A stretch of 64,000 bases of DNA from Pseudomonadota bacterium (GTDB lineage Bacteria > Pseudomonadota > Alphaproteobacteria > Rhizobiales > Amorphaceae). Under the pieces are notes generated by a model. The model was not told the DNA's origin. It saw only the letters and a program-made list of their open reading frames with translations, and made no database searches. A program made the translations under genes and the position numbers. The stretch spans positions 4,572 through 68,571 of the forward strand of contig JBCDLN010000001.1 in NCBI GenBank assembly GCA_038745295.1, given 5' to 3'. Positions 11,452 through 21,309 of this stretch are shown here, one piece after another; the first letter of the stretch is position 1; each line of letters begins with the position of its first letter.

Positions 11452-12225
11452 TTAGCGCCCGCCGATGAACTGGCCGATTTTGGAGGCCGGTTTGGCAATC
11501 AGCGCTCGGTCGACAATTCCGGCGCCCAGCCACTTTTGCCGCGCCTTTAAGGCTTCCAGATTGTGCGCCACGTGCGAGCGGAGGCTTGCGGTGCTTCGGC
11601 CTCCCTGCATCATGTCCACCATGGTCCCGGGGACTTTGGCGATGGAAAAATCGTTGAGTTCGATGGCCCGTAGCATGAAGTCGTAGTCGGACGCGGTTTT
11701 CAGCGACAGGTCGTACCGGCCGACCGCGTCCACCACCTCCCGGCGCACATAAAAGGTCGGGTGGGCGGGCATCCAGCCGGCGCGAAAGCCTCCTTTGGGA
11801 TGCTCGGGCACACGCCAGCGGCGCACCACGCGCTTGGTGTTGTGGTCGGTCACAAAATCAAGGTCACCGTGGACGATGGCAGCGCGATCCAGCGTGGCGG
11901 CGATCTGCGACAGCACGGCGGGGCTGTGATAGGTGTCGTCCGCGTTGAGAGCGCCGACGGCATCGCCCGTGAAGCGGTCGAGGCCTTTGTTGAGGGCATC
12001 ATACATGCCCGTGTCGCGCTCGGAGACGAAGCTGATGGGCGCATCCGGCATATCGGCCAGGATGGCCGCCACCACATCCTGCGTGCCGTCGGTGGAGCCG
12101 CCGTCGAAAATCAGCATTTCCTTATGGGGGTAATCCTGGGCGAGCACGCTTTGAATGGTGCTGGCAATGGAGCCGGCCGCGTTGAAGCACACCGTGATGA
12201 TGCTGATTTTCATGGCGGTTGCCAT
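11452..12225 (-). CDS. Family 2 glycosyltransferase
   Basis: ISIITVCFNAAGSIASTIQSVLAQDYPHKEMLIFDGGSTDGT and the later ADD motif are typical of GT-A/GT2. The start is assumed at an internal Met (12225 or 12213), not at 12312. Confidence 0.8.
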   Translation of the reverse strand: MATAMKISIITVCFNAAGSIASTIQSVLAQDYPHKEMLIFDGGSTDGTQDVVAAILADMPDAPISFVSERDTGMYDALNKGLDRFTGDAVGALNADDTYHSPAVLSQIAATLDRAAIVHGDLDFVTDHNTKRVVRRWRVPEHPKGGFRAGWMPAHPTFYVRREVVDAVGRYDLSLKTASDYDFMLRAIELNDFSIAKVPGTMVDMMQGGRSTASLRSHVAHNLEALKARQKWLGAGIVDRALIAKPASKIGQFIGGR

Positions 12226-12440
12226 GTAAGCCGGTGTTTGGCCGGTTTCCAGCGGGCAGAGAGCTGCGAGAGCTGCTTTTGCCTTTGTGTTCCAAACCCG
12301 TGGCGCGCCCATGCTATGCGCAGACCACGAACGGAGCGCCGGTGACGGCTTGGCCCGGATTTGTTAGGCCGCGCGCACGACACGGCTGACGCGATGCGCG
12401 CAGACTGATGCCGCGCGGCGGTGGAGACCCTTCAGAGGCG

Positions 12441-13511
12441 ATGACGAAAACAGCTTTGATCACAGGCACAACCGGCCAGGACGGGGCCTATTTGGCGCGG
12501 CTCCTCCTTGCCAAGGGGTATGTTGTGCACGGGCTGAAGCGGCGCTCCTCTTCGTTCAACACCGAGCGGATTGACGATATCTACAGGGACCCGCACCAGG
12601 AGAACGTGTCGTTCTTCTTGCACTATGGCGATCTGACCGATTCCACGAACCTCATTCGCATCATCCAACACGTCCAGCCGGACGAGATCTACAATCTGGC
12701 GGCGCAAAGCCATGTGGCGGTGAGCTTCGAGACCCCTGAATACACCGCCAACGCGGATGCGACAGGGACGCTGCGGCTTCTGGAGGCGCTGCGTATTTTG
12801 GGCATGACCGACACGGTGCGGTTCTACCAAGCCTCCACCTCAGAGCTTTATGGCCTTGCCCAAGAGGTGCCGCAGCGCGAGACCACGCCCTTTTATCCGC
12901 GCAGTCCCTATGCGGTGGCCAAGCTTTACGCCTACTGGATCACGGTGAACTACCGCGAGGCCTATGGGATCCACGCCTCGAACGGAATTTTGTTCAATCA
13001 CGAGAGCCCGCTGCGCGGCGAAACCTTTGTGACGCGCAAAATCACCCGCGCTGTGGCGGCCATCGAAAAGGGTCTTCAGGACACGCTTTATCTCGGCAAC
13101 CTCGATGCCAAGCGCGATTGGGGCCATGCCCGCGACTATGTGGAGGGCATGTGGCGCATCGTGCAGCAGGACAGCGCCGACGATTATGTGCTCGCCACCG
13201 GCGAAACCCACGCGGTGCGCGAGTTCGTGGAGCTCGCCTTCAGCCATGTCGACAAGCGTGTGGTTTGGCAGGGGGAAGGGGTGGATGAGGTGGGCCTCGA
13301 TGCTGCCACCGGCGATGTCTTGGTGCGCATTGATCCGCGCTATTTCCGGCCCACCGAGGTGGATTTTCTCCTCGGCGACCCCACCAAGGCCCGGGAGAAG
13401 CTTGGCTGGACCCACACAACGCCCTTCACCGAGCTGGTGCGGGAGATGGTGGAGGGCGACTTGGTGGCGGTGGAGCGGGAGCGTTGGCGCAATGACCGTG
13501 CGGCCCACTAG
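12441..13511 (+). CDS. gmd: GDP-mannose 4,6-dehydratase
   Basis: [48 protein letters not shown]... is near-collinear with canonical Gmd (GxTGQDGSYL, SFNT, YAxAKLY). Confidence 0.95.
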   Translation: MTKTALITGTTGQDGAYLARLLLAKGYVVHGLKRRSSSFNTERIDDIYRDPHQENVSFFLHYGDLTDSTNLIRIIQHVQPDEIYNLAAQSHVAVSFETPEYTANADATGTLRLLEALRILGMTDTVRFYQASTSELYGLAQEVPQRETTPFYPRSPYAVAKLYAYWITVNYREAYGIHASNGILFNHESPLRGETFVTRKITRAVAAIEKGLQDTLYLGNLDAKRDWGHARDYVEGMWRIVQQDSADDYVLATGETHAVREFVELAFSHVDKRVVWQGEGVDEVGLDAATGDVLVRIDPRYFRPTEVDFLLGDPTKAREKLGWTHTTPFTELVREMVEGDLVAVERERWRNDRAAH

Positions 13512-13550
13512 GGTGCACCGCAACGCTGCGAAAGGCGAAGGAGCGCTGCC

Positions 13551-14516
13551 ATGACGGCCTATGATTTGGCGGGCAAGCGGGTGTTTGTGGCCGGCCACCG
13601 CGGCATGGTGGGGCGTGCCATCGTGCGGCGCCTGTCGGGGGAAAGCTGCACCGTCCTCACGGCCTCCCGGGCCGCGCTCGACCTTCGCGACCAAGCCGCT
13701 GTGGCCGCCTGGTTCGCCAAACACAGGCCACAAGCTGTGTTTTTGGCCGCCGCCAAGGTGGGCGGGATCTTGGCCAACGACACCTATCCGGCGCAGTTCC
13801 TCCACGACAATCTGGCGCTGCAGACGAACCTCATCCAATCCGCGCACGATGTCGGCGTTGAGAAGCTTTTGTTCTTGGGCTCATCTTGCATTTATCCCAA
13901 GCTCGCCGAACAGCCGATGCGCGAAGATGCGCTGCTCACCGGCCCTTTGGAGCCCACCAACGAGTGGTACGCCATCGCCAAGATCGCCGGGCTGAAGATG
14001 TGCGAGGCGTTCCGCAAGGAGTATGGCGATGATTTCGTCTCCGCCATGCCCACCAACTTGTATGGGCCGGGCGACAACTATGATTTGGAACAAAGCCACG
14101 TGGTGCCGGCGCTGATCCGCAAAGCCCACGAGGCGAAAGAAGCGGGGCGGGCAAGCTTTCCCATTTGGGGTGCGGGGACGGTGCGGCGTGAATTCTTGCA
14201 CGTGGACGATGCGGCCGACGCCATTGTTTGGATCATGCAAAATTATTCCGCCGCACAGCACCTCAATGTCGGCTGCGGTGAGGACGTGACCATTTTGGAG
14301 CTCGCTCAAACCATCGCCGATGTGGTGGGGTTTGAGGGCACCATTGAAACCGATCCCTCCAAACCGGAGGGCACACCGCGCAAGCTGATGGATGTGAGCA
14401 GACTGTTTGGCGCCGGCTGGCGGCCGCGCCACACCCTGAAAAGCGGCCTTCAGCAGACCTATCAGCACTTCCAAGAGAGCCTTGCGGCCGGCGATGTGCG
14501 CCTTTCGGTGCACTGA
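13551..14516 (+). CDS. fcl: GDP-L-fucose synthase (GDP-4-keto-6-deoxymannose 3,5-epimerase/4-reductase)
   Basis: [68 protein letters not shown] and [11 protein letters not shown] match Fcl/WcaG. It lies immediately after gmd. Confidence 0.95.
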   Translation: MTAYDLAGKRVFVAGHRGMVGRAIVRRLSGESCTVLTASRAALDLRDQAAVAAWFAKHRPQAVFLAAAKVGGILANDTYPAQFLHDNLALQTNLIQSAHDVGVEKLLFLGSSCIYPKLAEQPMREDALLTGPLEPTNEWYAIAKIAGLKMCEAFRKEYGDDFVSAMPTNLYGPGDNYDLEQSHVVPALIRKAHEAKEAGRASFPIWGAGTVRREFLHVDDAADAIVWIMQNYSAAQHLNVGCGEDVTILELAQTIADVVGFEGTIETDPSKPEGTPRKLMDVSRLFGAGWRPRHTLKSGLQQTYQHFQESLAAGDVRLSVH

Positions 14517-14517
14517 C

Positions 14518-15621
14518 ATGACGACCGGCCCTTTGCGGATCCTTGCCATCTCGCGCCAGACGGAGGGGGCCAACGACTACGCCTTCGTGCGTGCGTTCCG
14601 CAGGGCCGGCCACTTTGTGAAGGTGGTGAACCCCACCGAATATGTGCCCTATGGCTGGACATCGGGTGTGCTGCGCTATGCCAAACGCGCGCTCTATGGC
14701 CCCGCCACGGCCGCCTTCAATGCCGCCGTGGTGGCCGAGGCCGAGGCGCTCCGCCCGCACCTTTTCTTTGTGTTCAAGGGGCAGATGGTCTCCGCCGATA
14801 CCGTGTCGGCGGTGCGGGCGATGGGCGTTGTCGCCATCAACTTTTATCCCGACACCGGCTTTACCAGCTACGGCCCGTTCCTGGCCAAAGCGGTGAGCCG
14901 CTACGATTTTATCTACACCACCAAGGAATTCGGCCTCACCGATTTGGCCGAGAACTACGGCATGCCGCGCGCGGCCTATCTCAACCACGCCTATGATCCC
15001 GAGGTGCACGCGGCCGTGCCGTTGCAAGACGATGACTGGCAGCGGATGGAGGCTGATGTTGTGTTTGTCGGTGCGCAGTCGCCCAAAAAGGAAGCCTATC
15101 TCGCCCACCTCATCGCGGCCCGGCCCGATCTCACCTATCGCATTTGGGGCGGGCATCGCTGGCAGCTTCCGGAGGCGCCGCGGGTCTTTTTCGGCGGCGC
15201 GCTGAGCGGCTTTGAGTATTCCAAAGCGCTGCGGGGCGGCAAAATCGCCCTCGCGCTCCTTTATGAGGGCGACAAGGACGCGCCGCAGGGCGACGATGTC
15301 ACCGCGCGGACCTTCGAGATCCCCGCCGCCGGCGCTTTCATGCTGCATGAGCGCACCGAGATGGCGATGGCGCTGTTTCACGAAGACCGCGAGTGCGCCT
15401 TCTTCGGCAGCGCCGATGAGTTGGTGACAAAGGTCGACCATTATCTGGCGCGGCCCGATCTGCGCGCCGCCATCGCGGCCGCCGGCCAAAAACGGTGCGA
15501 AAGCTCCCACTATTCGGTGGATGCGCGGGTGGCGACCATCGTGGACACCACCGTGCGCATCGCCGCTGAGCGAAACATCTCCGTGCCGCAACCGGCCGCC
15601 ACGGTCCCGCTCGGGGCGTAA
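14518..15621 (+). CDS. CgeB-family glycosyltransferase (DUF3880 + Glyco_trans_1_2-like)
   Basis: The C-terminal TFEIPAAGAFMLHERTEMAMALFHEDRECAFFGSADELVTKVDHYLARPDLRAAIAAAGQKRC fits the CgeB-type C-terminal domain. The ATG lies 1 nt after the fcl stop. Confidence 0.6.
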   Translation: MTTGPLRILAISRQTEGANDYAFVRAFRRAGHFVKVVNPTEYVPYGWTSGVLRYAKRALYGPATAAFNAAVVAEAEALRPHLFFVFKGQMVSADTVSAVRAMGVVAINFYPDTGFTSYGPFLAKAVSRYDFIYTTKEFGLTDLAENYGMPRAAYLNHAYDPEVHAAVPLQDDDWQRMEADVVFVGAQSPKKEAYLAHLIAARPDLTYRIWGGHRWQLPEAPRVFFGGALSGFEYSKALRGGKIALALLYEGDKDAPQGDDVTARTFEIPAAGAFMLHERTEMAMALFHEDRECAFFGSADELVTKVDHYLARPDLRAAIAAAGQKRCESSHYSVDARVATIVDTTVRIAAERNISVPQPAATVPLGA

Positions 15622-15622
15622 A

Positions 15623-16429
15623 ATGTTTCTCGCCGACGGGCTGATTTATTTGCAGATGCAAAAGACCGGCTGCACCCACATCACCGCGGTGCTCAACGAT
15701 CGGCTTGGTGGCCAGGAAAGAACGAAACATCAGCCACTTCCGCGTCCGCCTGAGGGGCAGCTGGTGCTCTCCTCGGTGCGCGATCCTTATGATTGGTACG
15801 TCTCGCTCTGGGCCTATGGCGCGTCGGAGCGGGGCGGGTTGCATGGCGCGCTGACCCGGGGCCGGGCGCTCGATGCTTTGCGCGCCGACCTTCGGGGGGC
15901 CGCCCCGCACCCCGGCCGCATGATCCACGCGCTGCGCGCCTATAGGGCGCGCAAACCCACCGCCGCGAAGCTGTGGCGCGCGCTCTATGCCGACCCCCAT
16001 GATGTGACGCTCTTCCGCCGCTGGCTGACGCACCTTCTGTCCGAGGAGGGCAAGCGCGACCTGGTGGAGGGTTATGGCGAGAGCCCCCTGCGCCATGTGG
16101 CGGGCTTCATGACCTACCGCTTCTTGCGCCTTGGCACACCGCAGACCGTTTGGACCACAGGGCACGGCGCCATCAGGACCTATGCCGACCTTTGCGCTTA
16201 CGCTGAGCGCCACCACGCGGTGCAAGATGTCATCAAGATGGAAGCGTTGGAGAGCGATTTGGCGCGGGTTCTGACAGACCTGGGCCACCCCACCTCCGCC
16301 GCGGACCTGTTGACCCGCAAGAAAACCAACACGTCCAAGCGCCTTGATGTGCGCGCTTATTACGACGATGCCACCCGCGCCCTGGTGGCGGACGCTGAGC
16401 GCTGGATCATCGAGCGCTACGGGTATTGA
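15623..16429 (+). CDS. Sulfotransferase family protein (family-2-like)
   Basis: IYLQMQKTGCTHI is 5'-PSB-like (KTGxT) and SSVRDPYDWYVSLW is 3'-PB-like (RxP..r..S). The C-terminal KKTNTSKR...YYDD...ERYGY tail is typical of this family. The ATG lies 1 nt after the preceding stop. Confidence 0.6.
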   Translation: MFLADGLIYLQMQKTGCTHITAVLNDRLGGQERTKHQPLPRPPEGQLVLSSVRDPYDWYVSLWAYGASERGGLHGALTRGRALDALRADLRGAAPHPGRMIHALRAYRARKPTAAKLWRALYADPHDVTLFRRWLTHLLSEEGKRDLVEGYGESPLRHVAGFMTYRFLRLGTPQTVWTTGHGAIRTYADLCAYAERHHAVQDVIKMEALESDLARVLTDLGHPTSAADLLTRKKTNTSKRLDVRAYYDDATRALVADAERWIIERYGY

Positions 16430-16483
16430 ACAAGCGGTCGCGGAGGCTCCATGGGTTGGGGCCATGGCCAGGAGAGATGCAAC

Positions 16484-17512
16484 GTGAAGGTGTTGGTGAC
16501 GGGGGCGGCGGGCTTTATCGGCTTTCACACCGCCTGCCGGTTGCTCAAGCGCGGCGATGATGTGGTGGGGCTCGATAACCTGGATCCCTACTATGACGTG
16601 TCGCTGAAAACGGCGCGCTTGGACGCTGCCCGCGCCGTCGCCGATACACCGGGCACAGGCACGTTCACCTTTGTGCAGGCGGGTCTGGAAGACGAGGCGG
16701 CGATGGCCGCGCTTTTTGAGGCGCACCGCTTTGACCGCGTCATTCACCTTGGCGCGCAAGCGGGTGTGCGCCATTCGCTCTCCGCACCGCGGGACTATGT
16801 GCGCTCCAACGTCATGGGCTTTACCAACGTTTTGGAGGGCTGCCGGGCGCAACAGGTCGCCCATCTCACCTACGCCTCCACCTCCTCGGTGTATGGGGCG
16901 AACCGGGCGATGCCCTTTGCAGAGGACCAGGGGGTCGACCACCCGCTGCAATTTTACGCCGCCACCAAGCGCGCCAACGAGCTGATGGCTCATTCTTACA
17001 GCCACCTCTACGGCCTCCCCACCACGGGCCTGCGTTTCTTCACCGTCTACGGCCCCTGGGGGCGGCCGGACATGGCGCTTTTTATCTTCACCGCCAAAAT
17101 CCTGGCCGGCGAGCCGATCCCGGTGTTCAACCACGGTGCCCACAGCCGCGCCTTCACCTATGTCGATGATATTGTGGAGGGTGTGGTGCGCGTCTCCGAT
17201 CGCCCCGCAGCATCCGATCCGGGCTTTGACCCCCTGTCGCCGCGCCCTGATGTCTCTGCCGCACCCTTTCGCATCTACAATATCGGCAACAGCGAGCCGG
17301 TGCCGCTGTCGGCCTATATCGAGGCGCTGGAGGCGGCGCTTGGCCGGCGCGCGGAGCGCCAATCGCTGCCCATGCAGCCCGGCGATGTGCCCGACACCTC
17401 CGCTGACACCTCCGCGCTCGCCGCCGCCACAGGCTATGCCCCCACCACCCCCATCGCCGAAGGGGTGGCGCGGTTTGTCAATTGGTATCGCAAATATTAT
17501 GGCAAGAATTGA
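16484..17512 (+). CDS. NAD-dependent sugar-nucleotide epimerase, UDP-glucuronate 4-epimerase-like
   Basis: [70 protein letters not shown] and [15 protein letters not shown] are typical of LpsL/Cap1J-type epimerases. The GTG start at 16484 is preceded by AGGAGA. Confidence 0.75.
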   Translation: MKVLVTGAAGFIGFHTACRLLKRGDDVVGLDNLDPYYDVSLKTARLDAARAVADTPGTGTFTFVQAGLEDEAAMAALFEAHRFDRVIHLGAQAGVRHSLSAPRDYVRSNVMGFTNVLEGCRAQQVAHLTYASTSSVYGANRAMPFAEDQGVDHPLQFYAATKRANELMAHSYSHLYGLPTTGLRFFTVYGPWGRPDMALFIFTAKILAGEPIPVFNHGAHSRAFTYVDDIVEGVVRVSDRPAASDPGFDPLSPRPDVSAAPFRIYNIGNSEPVPLSAYIEALEAALGRRAERQSLPMQPGDVPDTSADTSALAAATGYAPTTPIAEGVARFVNWYRKYYGKN

Positions 17513-17536
17513 TATGATGATCTGGCGTGCTGCATC

Positions 17537-18376
17537 CTATTTTTGGCCTAAAATCTCGTCTACGCGTTCGCGATAATGCTCTGGTACATAAAAATAATCG
17601 CTCGAATGCTTTGTCTCGTCGATCGGTGCGAGCTGCCCGCCATCTCTCACATGCAAAAACATGCCTGGTCCGCCGTGCAGCTTCGATATCATTGCCGCAG
17701 TGCTGCCGAATTCTTCGAGGCTATGAGCTTCAAAGATAATGATGGGGCACTTTTCTCCTAAAAAATGATCCTGAACGCCACGAAAGACTTGCTCTTCATG
17801 ACCTTCCACATCGACTTTGACGACGTTGGGGGCGCCAAACTCTGAAATCACGTCGGCCATGGGGCGCACCGCAACAGTGATCGGCTCCACTCCCCGGATC
17901 GGTGAAAAACTTGATCGGACACTCGTGGGTGACAGGTAGAACGGCAACTCTCCAGCGTGTTCGGCCAATGCAACGTTGTTGATGATCACGTTGGAGGATC
18001 CGGCGAATGTTTTTTCATACAACCGGCTCACGCGCACATTGGGTTCAAACGCAACGATCTTTCCGGTGGGCCCGATGGCTTGGTGCGCAACCGCGCTGAC
18101 CATACCAAGATTTGCACCGACATCATAAAATATATCTCCAGGTCGCATCACTTTAGGGAGGATTAATCGAAGTTTTCGGCTGCCTGTAGAGGTATTGTTT
18201 AAGAATAAATTACAAGTTGACGCATCGCGAAGATCAATAAATATCGTGTAGGGGATGTTTTCGATTGTGACAGGCTTGGCTTGAAGCGATCGATCATAAT
18301 GGGCAGCAAGTTTGACAAAGCGCCATCCGCCAAAAGGCATGATGCGAGCGATCCGAAGGAGAATTGTCGTCAACAT
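17537..18376 (-). CDS. FkbM-family SAM-dependent methyltransferase
   Basis: DIFYDVGANLGMVSAVA...GKIVAFEPN... and VVKVDVEGHEEQVFRG are FkbM-family hallmarks. Noticeably lower GC than the flanking genes. Confidence 0.75.
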   Translation of the reverse strand: MLTTILLRIARIMPFGGWRFVKLAAHYDRSLQAKPVTIENIPYTIFIDLRDASTCNLFLNNTSTGSRKLRLILPKVMRPGDIFYDVGANLGMVSAVAHQAIGPTGKIVAFEPNVRVSRLYEKTFAGSSNVIINNVALAEHAGELPFYLSPTSVRSSFSPIRGVEPITVAVRPMADVISEFGAPNVVKVDVEGHEEQVFRGVQDHFLGEKCPIIIFEAHSLEEFGSTAAMISKLHGGPGMFLHVRDGGQLAPIDETKHSSDYFYVPEHYRERVDEILGQK

Positions 18377-18385
18377 CTGCGCAGC

Positions 18386-19390
18386 CTAAAGGGTGGGTTT
18401 GGCGATCACACGACCGAGCACCGCCTCAGCGGTGGCGAGGTCATCGTCAATGCCGGCCATCATGAAGGCGCGAAAGTCCGCCGACACCCCGCTTGCTCCA
18501 TCTCCTTCGGGGCGGATGTTGATGGCATTGAGCGCCTTGGTGATGCCGAAAGGGCCGCCAAAGGCCCGCCGCAGCGGCGCCATCACAGGCTCAAAGGTTC
18601 TCACCGCCCGCACCGCCGCCTGGTGGAGGGCCATGTTGCGCACCTCCACCCTCCGGTTCGCGATCGCAAAGACGCGGCGTCCATCATCGGGCACACCAAG
18701 GTGGGCGAGCACTGTTCCATAGGCGGCAGAGAGGTCCTGAAGGTCGTCGAGGGTCAAAAGGAGCAGCTGATCGGCGCCGAACACGGCCCGCCAGCGCGCC
18801 AAATGCGCCCCATAGCGGGCCCAAAAGGCGTAGTTGATGGCCCCCTTGTGCGGCCCATCGGCAAAGCGCGGCGTGTCGGTGAGGGGCCGGCCTGTGGCGC
18901 CATCCACACCCCGCCGCCAGGCCGTTTCAAAGTTGCGTTCCCGCTCCTCGCCCTCGCGCAGCTTTTGGCCGTGATAGGAAAAAGCAAGGTCCACAGGGTC
19001 GCGCACCACCCCGATCAGCTTGGCGTCGGGCCGGTGGGCCACAATGAGATCGAGCGCGGCGTGGGAATAAAGCGTGCGGGGTGTCGCATCGCCTGCCCGC
19101 ACGCCGGCGGCCAGGCCGGTATAAATGGCCTCATAGTCGGCCTGTGTGGCGATGTGGAGCGCGCTATAGCTGGTGTCTTCCACGTCTTGGCTCAGCCAGC
19201 TGGGTTCCTTTCTGGGCAGCGCCACTGCAGCGTGGCCGCTTAGCATTGCGTACAAAGTGGTGGTGCCGCACTTGGGCGCACCGATGATGAAAAAATCTGG
19301 GAAAGAAGCCGGCCGCAGCGCACCGTCGTCCGGCAAGGGCCGGACGATATTTTTATTTGGCGCCCCACTCATCAGCGCCTCTCTCCTCAA
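18386..19390 (-). CDS. Sulfotransferase (PAPS-dependent, Sulfotransfer_1/3-like)
   Basis: FFIIGAPKCGTTTLYAML is the 5'-PSB loop (PKxGTT) and LIGVVRDPVDLAFSYH is 3'-PB-like. The start is possibly at the Met at 19372. Confidence 0.75.
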   Translation of the reverse strand: MRREALMSGAPNKNIVRPLPDDGALRPASFPDFFIIGAPKCGTTTLYAMLSGHAAVALPRKEPSWLSQDVEDTSYSALHIATQADYEAIYTGLAAGVRAGDATPRTLYSHAALDLIVAHRPDAKLIGVVRDPVDLAFSYHGQKLREGEERERNFETAWRRGVDGATGRPLTDTPRFADGPHKGAINYAFWARYGAHLARWRAVFGADQLLLLTLDDLQDLSAAYGTVLAHLGVPDDGRRVFAIANRRVEVRNMALHQAAVRAVRTFEPVMAPLRRAFGGPFGITKALNAINIRPEGDGASGVSADFRAFMMAGIDDDLATAEAVLGRVIAKPTL

Positions 19391-19419
19391 GCCAAACGCG
19401 TGGCCGAGGCCTTACACCG

Positions 19420-21309
19420 CTAGAGCCGGCGCTGCCACAGCGGGCCGCTGGTGGCGAGCGGGGTGATGAGGGCCCCATTGCGGTAGTTGTTTTGCGCCTC
19501 AGCGGTGCCGTCTGCATCGGCCAAAAACACCGTCATCGTGCTGGGCTCAATAATCACGCTGCCGCTCACAATGTCTGGGTGGGTCAGCGTGCGTCCTGTG
19601 ACGACAGCATCGGTTACGCGGATATTCTCCACAATCGTGCCGTCGAGATGGGGGCGCAGCACAGTGTTGGTGCGGTCGCCCGCCGCGTCGAAGGTCTGCG
19701 CCATAATCGTGCTTGGCCGGGCCGATTGGCCTTTTGCGCCAAACACCACGTTGCCGGCCAGATTGTGCGCCGCGGCAAGGCCCGGCGACAGCCCATCAAT
19801 GCGGCGCACGATGGAATCGGTGTGCACCTCGTCAAACACCACCTGGTCGGTGTTCATGACGATCATGTTGGCGGTCTCCACATAACCGCCCACAAAGCGG
19901 ATCGTGCAATCCACGCCTGGCCCGTCATAGAGCGTTGCCGGCACACCGATCTCATCGGTGTGCAAACCGCCGAGCGAGAAGCGCGGCGACAGGAAGATCA
20001 CGCTGGTTTCGTTGGAGGAATTCTCGCCGATGGAACCGAGCCGCCACGAGCTTTCCATGTACAAATTGGTCACCGTCATCGGGCCCGCAAAGGCCAACGA
20101 GCCGATGCGGAACACATTGATGATGTTGGACATCGACACGTTGTGGATCACACCGCCAAAGCGGCCACGCTGCCGACCATTGAGATTGTTGGTCATGGCG
20201 ATAAAGCAGCGGTGAAATTCGCAGTCCGCAATGGTCACATTGCGTGACTGAGAATTGCCGATGGAAAGGCCATATTTGCTGTAGAAAAACCGGCAATCAC
20301 GAACAGTGAGAAAGTCACCATTGGTGTCGACATCCGCCGGCTGACAGGCAAGCCCAACAACAAAACCCTCAACAGCAACATTGATGAGGCGAACCGAGCT
20401 GGATGTCTTGCGGTTATACTGTGTGCCGTCATCCCAGGCTGGGTAATTCACGTCCGGATAGCTGACGGACGGGCGCGGACCAGCGTACCCATCGATGACA
20501 ATCCCCGCATAGGGGGCGTAGCGGCTGTCAGCGCTCGCGGGCAGACCATCGGGCAGCCACGCGTCTTCGCTGATGGCGTCCGCGTCGAGGATCATGTTTT
20601 GATAATGGCTGCGCAGGGGGCCGCGCACATAAAGGTCGGAGATCAGCGCCCCGCGCGCGCCCTGAATGTTGATCGCCGGGGCATCGGTGTGGCCGGCATA
20701 AATGATCGTGCCGGCGTGGTTGGTGAGCGGTGTGGCACCGTCCGAGGTCCCCGCAATCAGGTCCTCCTGGTCGATGATCCCGTCTTCGGCGAACGCTGTG
20801 GCACGGCCATAGGAGTTGCCGTGGCCCACCAATGGAACAGTCCGAAACCCACTATCACCATAGCCGAGATGAATGGTGCGGCTGATGAAGATGATCCCCG
20901 CCGGAAGCAGCACCCGCGTGGGGCTGGACAGCGAGAACATGGCAATGTCGATGGCAAGCTGCAGGGCGTCGGTGTCGTCGGTCACGCCGTCGGCGACAAT
21001 GCCTGTGGCGCGCGCATCAAGCCCAGCTGCTCCCTCCACCGGCAACAGGCAGGTGCCTGACGGCAAGATGATTTGCGGCACATTCGGGTTGGAGGCGACC
21101 ACCTGGTAGGTGATGGCCTCCGCCTGTGTGGCCAAAAAGGTGCCCACATCGAAGGTGCGGTCGGTGGCGAGCAGTTCGGCGACGTTCGGAAACACGGCCG
21201 AGCCGCTGGAATCTAGCAAGGCCAGCAAAATCGTCGACATTTCCATGCCGGTCGTGGCCTTGGCCGTGCCGACGCGCTCTTCAATCAGGGTGCGGATGGC
21301 GGCGCTCAT
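19420..21309 (-). CDS. Right-handed beta-helix protein, pectate-lyase-superfamily / tailspike-like (putative glycanase or polysaccharide-modifying enzyme)
   Basis: ARATGIVADGVTDDTDALQLAIDIA is the GDG-x-TDDT-x-A-hydrophobic-Q-x-AI motif of Pectate_lyase_3-type proteins. A long central block is paralogous to 24207..26414. The ATGA overlap with the upstream gene spans 21306-21309. Confidence 0.65.
   Translation of the reverse strand: MSAAIRTLIEERVGTAKATTGMEMSTILLALLDSSGSAVFPNVAELLATDRTFDVGTFLATQAEAITYQVVASNPNVPQIILPSGTCLLPVEGAAGLDARATGIVADGVTDDTDALQLAIDIAMFSLSSPTRVLLPAGIIFISRTIHLGYGDSGFRTVPLVGHGNSYGRATAFAEDGIIDQEDLIAGTSDGATPLTNHAGTIIYAGHTDAPAINIQGARGALISDLYVRGPLRSHYQNMILDADAISEDAWLPDGLPASADSRYAPYAGIVIDGYAGPRPSVSYPDVNYPAWDDGTQYNRKTSSSVRLINVAVEGFVVGLACQPADVDTNGDFLTVRDCRFFYSKYGLSIGNSQSRNVTIADCEFHRCFIAMTNNLNGRQRGRFGGVIHNVSMSNIINVFRIGSLAFAGPMTVTNLYMESSWRLGSIGENSSNETSVIFLSPRFSLGGLHTDEIGVPATLYDGPGVDCTIRFVGGYVETANMIVMNTDQVVFDEVHTDSIVRRIDGLSPGLAAAHNLAGNVVFGAKGQSARPSTIMAQTFDAAGDRTNTVLRPHLDGTIVENIRVTDAVVTGRTLTHPDIVSGSVIIEPSTMTVFLADADGTAEAQNNYRNGALITPLATSGPLWQRRL

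Noticed and set aside
11336-11533. N-terminal extension of the initiator ORF back to the ATG at 11533
   Set aside because: It would overlap the 3' end of the upstream GT2 gene (stop at 11452) by about 80 nt, and it translates to an Arg/Pro-rich, non-conserved-looking peptide. A GTG at 11335 with a GGAGG upstream is more plausible.
15338-17362. Very long antisense ORF (674 aa); similar shadow ORFs lie at 12840-13847, 14263-15591, 5351-6271, 6054-6815, 18281-19243, 19357-20247, 25029-25709, 25710-26594, 28702-29421, 35985-36773, 36798-37619, 43555-44295, 46294-47112, 55735-56760 and 59163-59945
   Set aside because: Each lies opposite a gene with clear family motifs (gmd, fcl, epimerase, parA/parB, GTs, beta-helix, RTX, galE, S8 protease). 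Their translations are Arg/Gly/Ala/Pro/His-rich low-complexity strings, typical of stop-poor non-coding frames in high-GC DNA.
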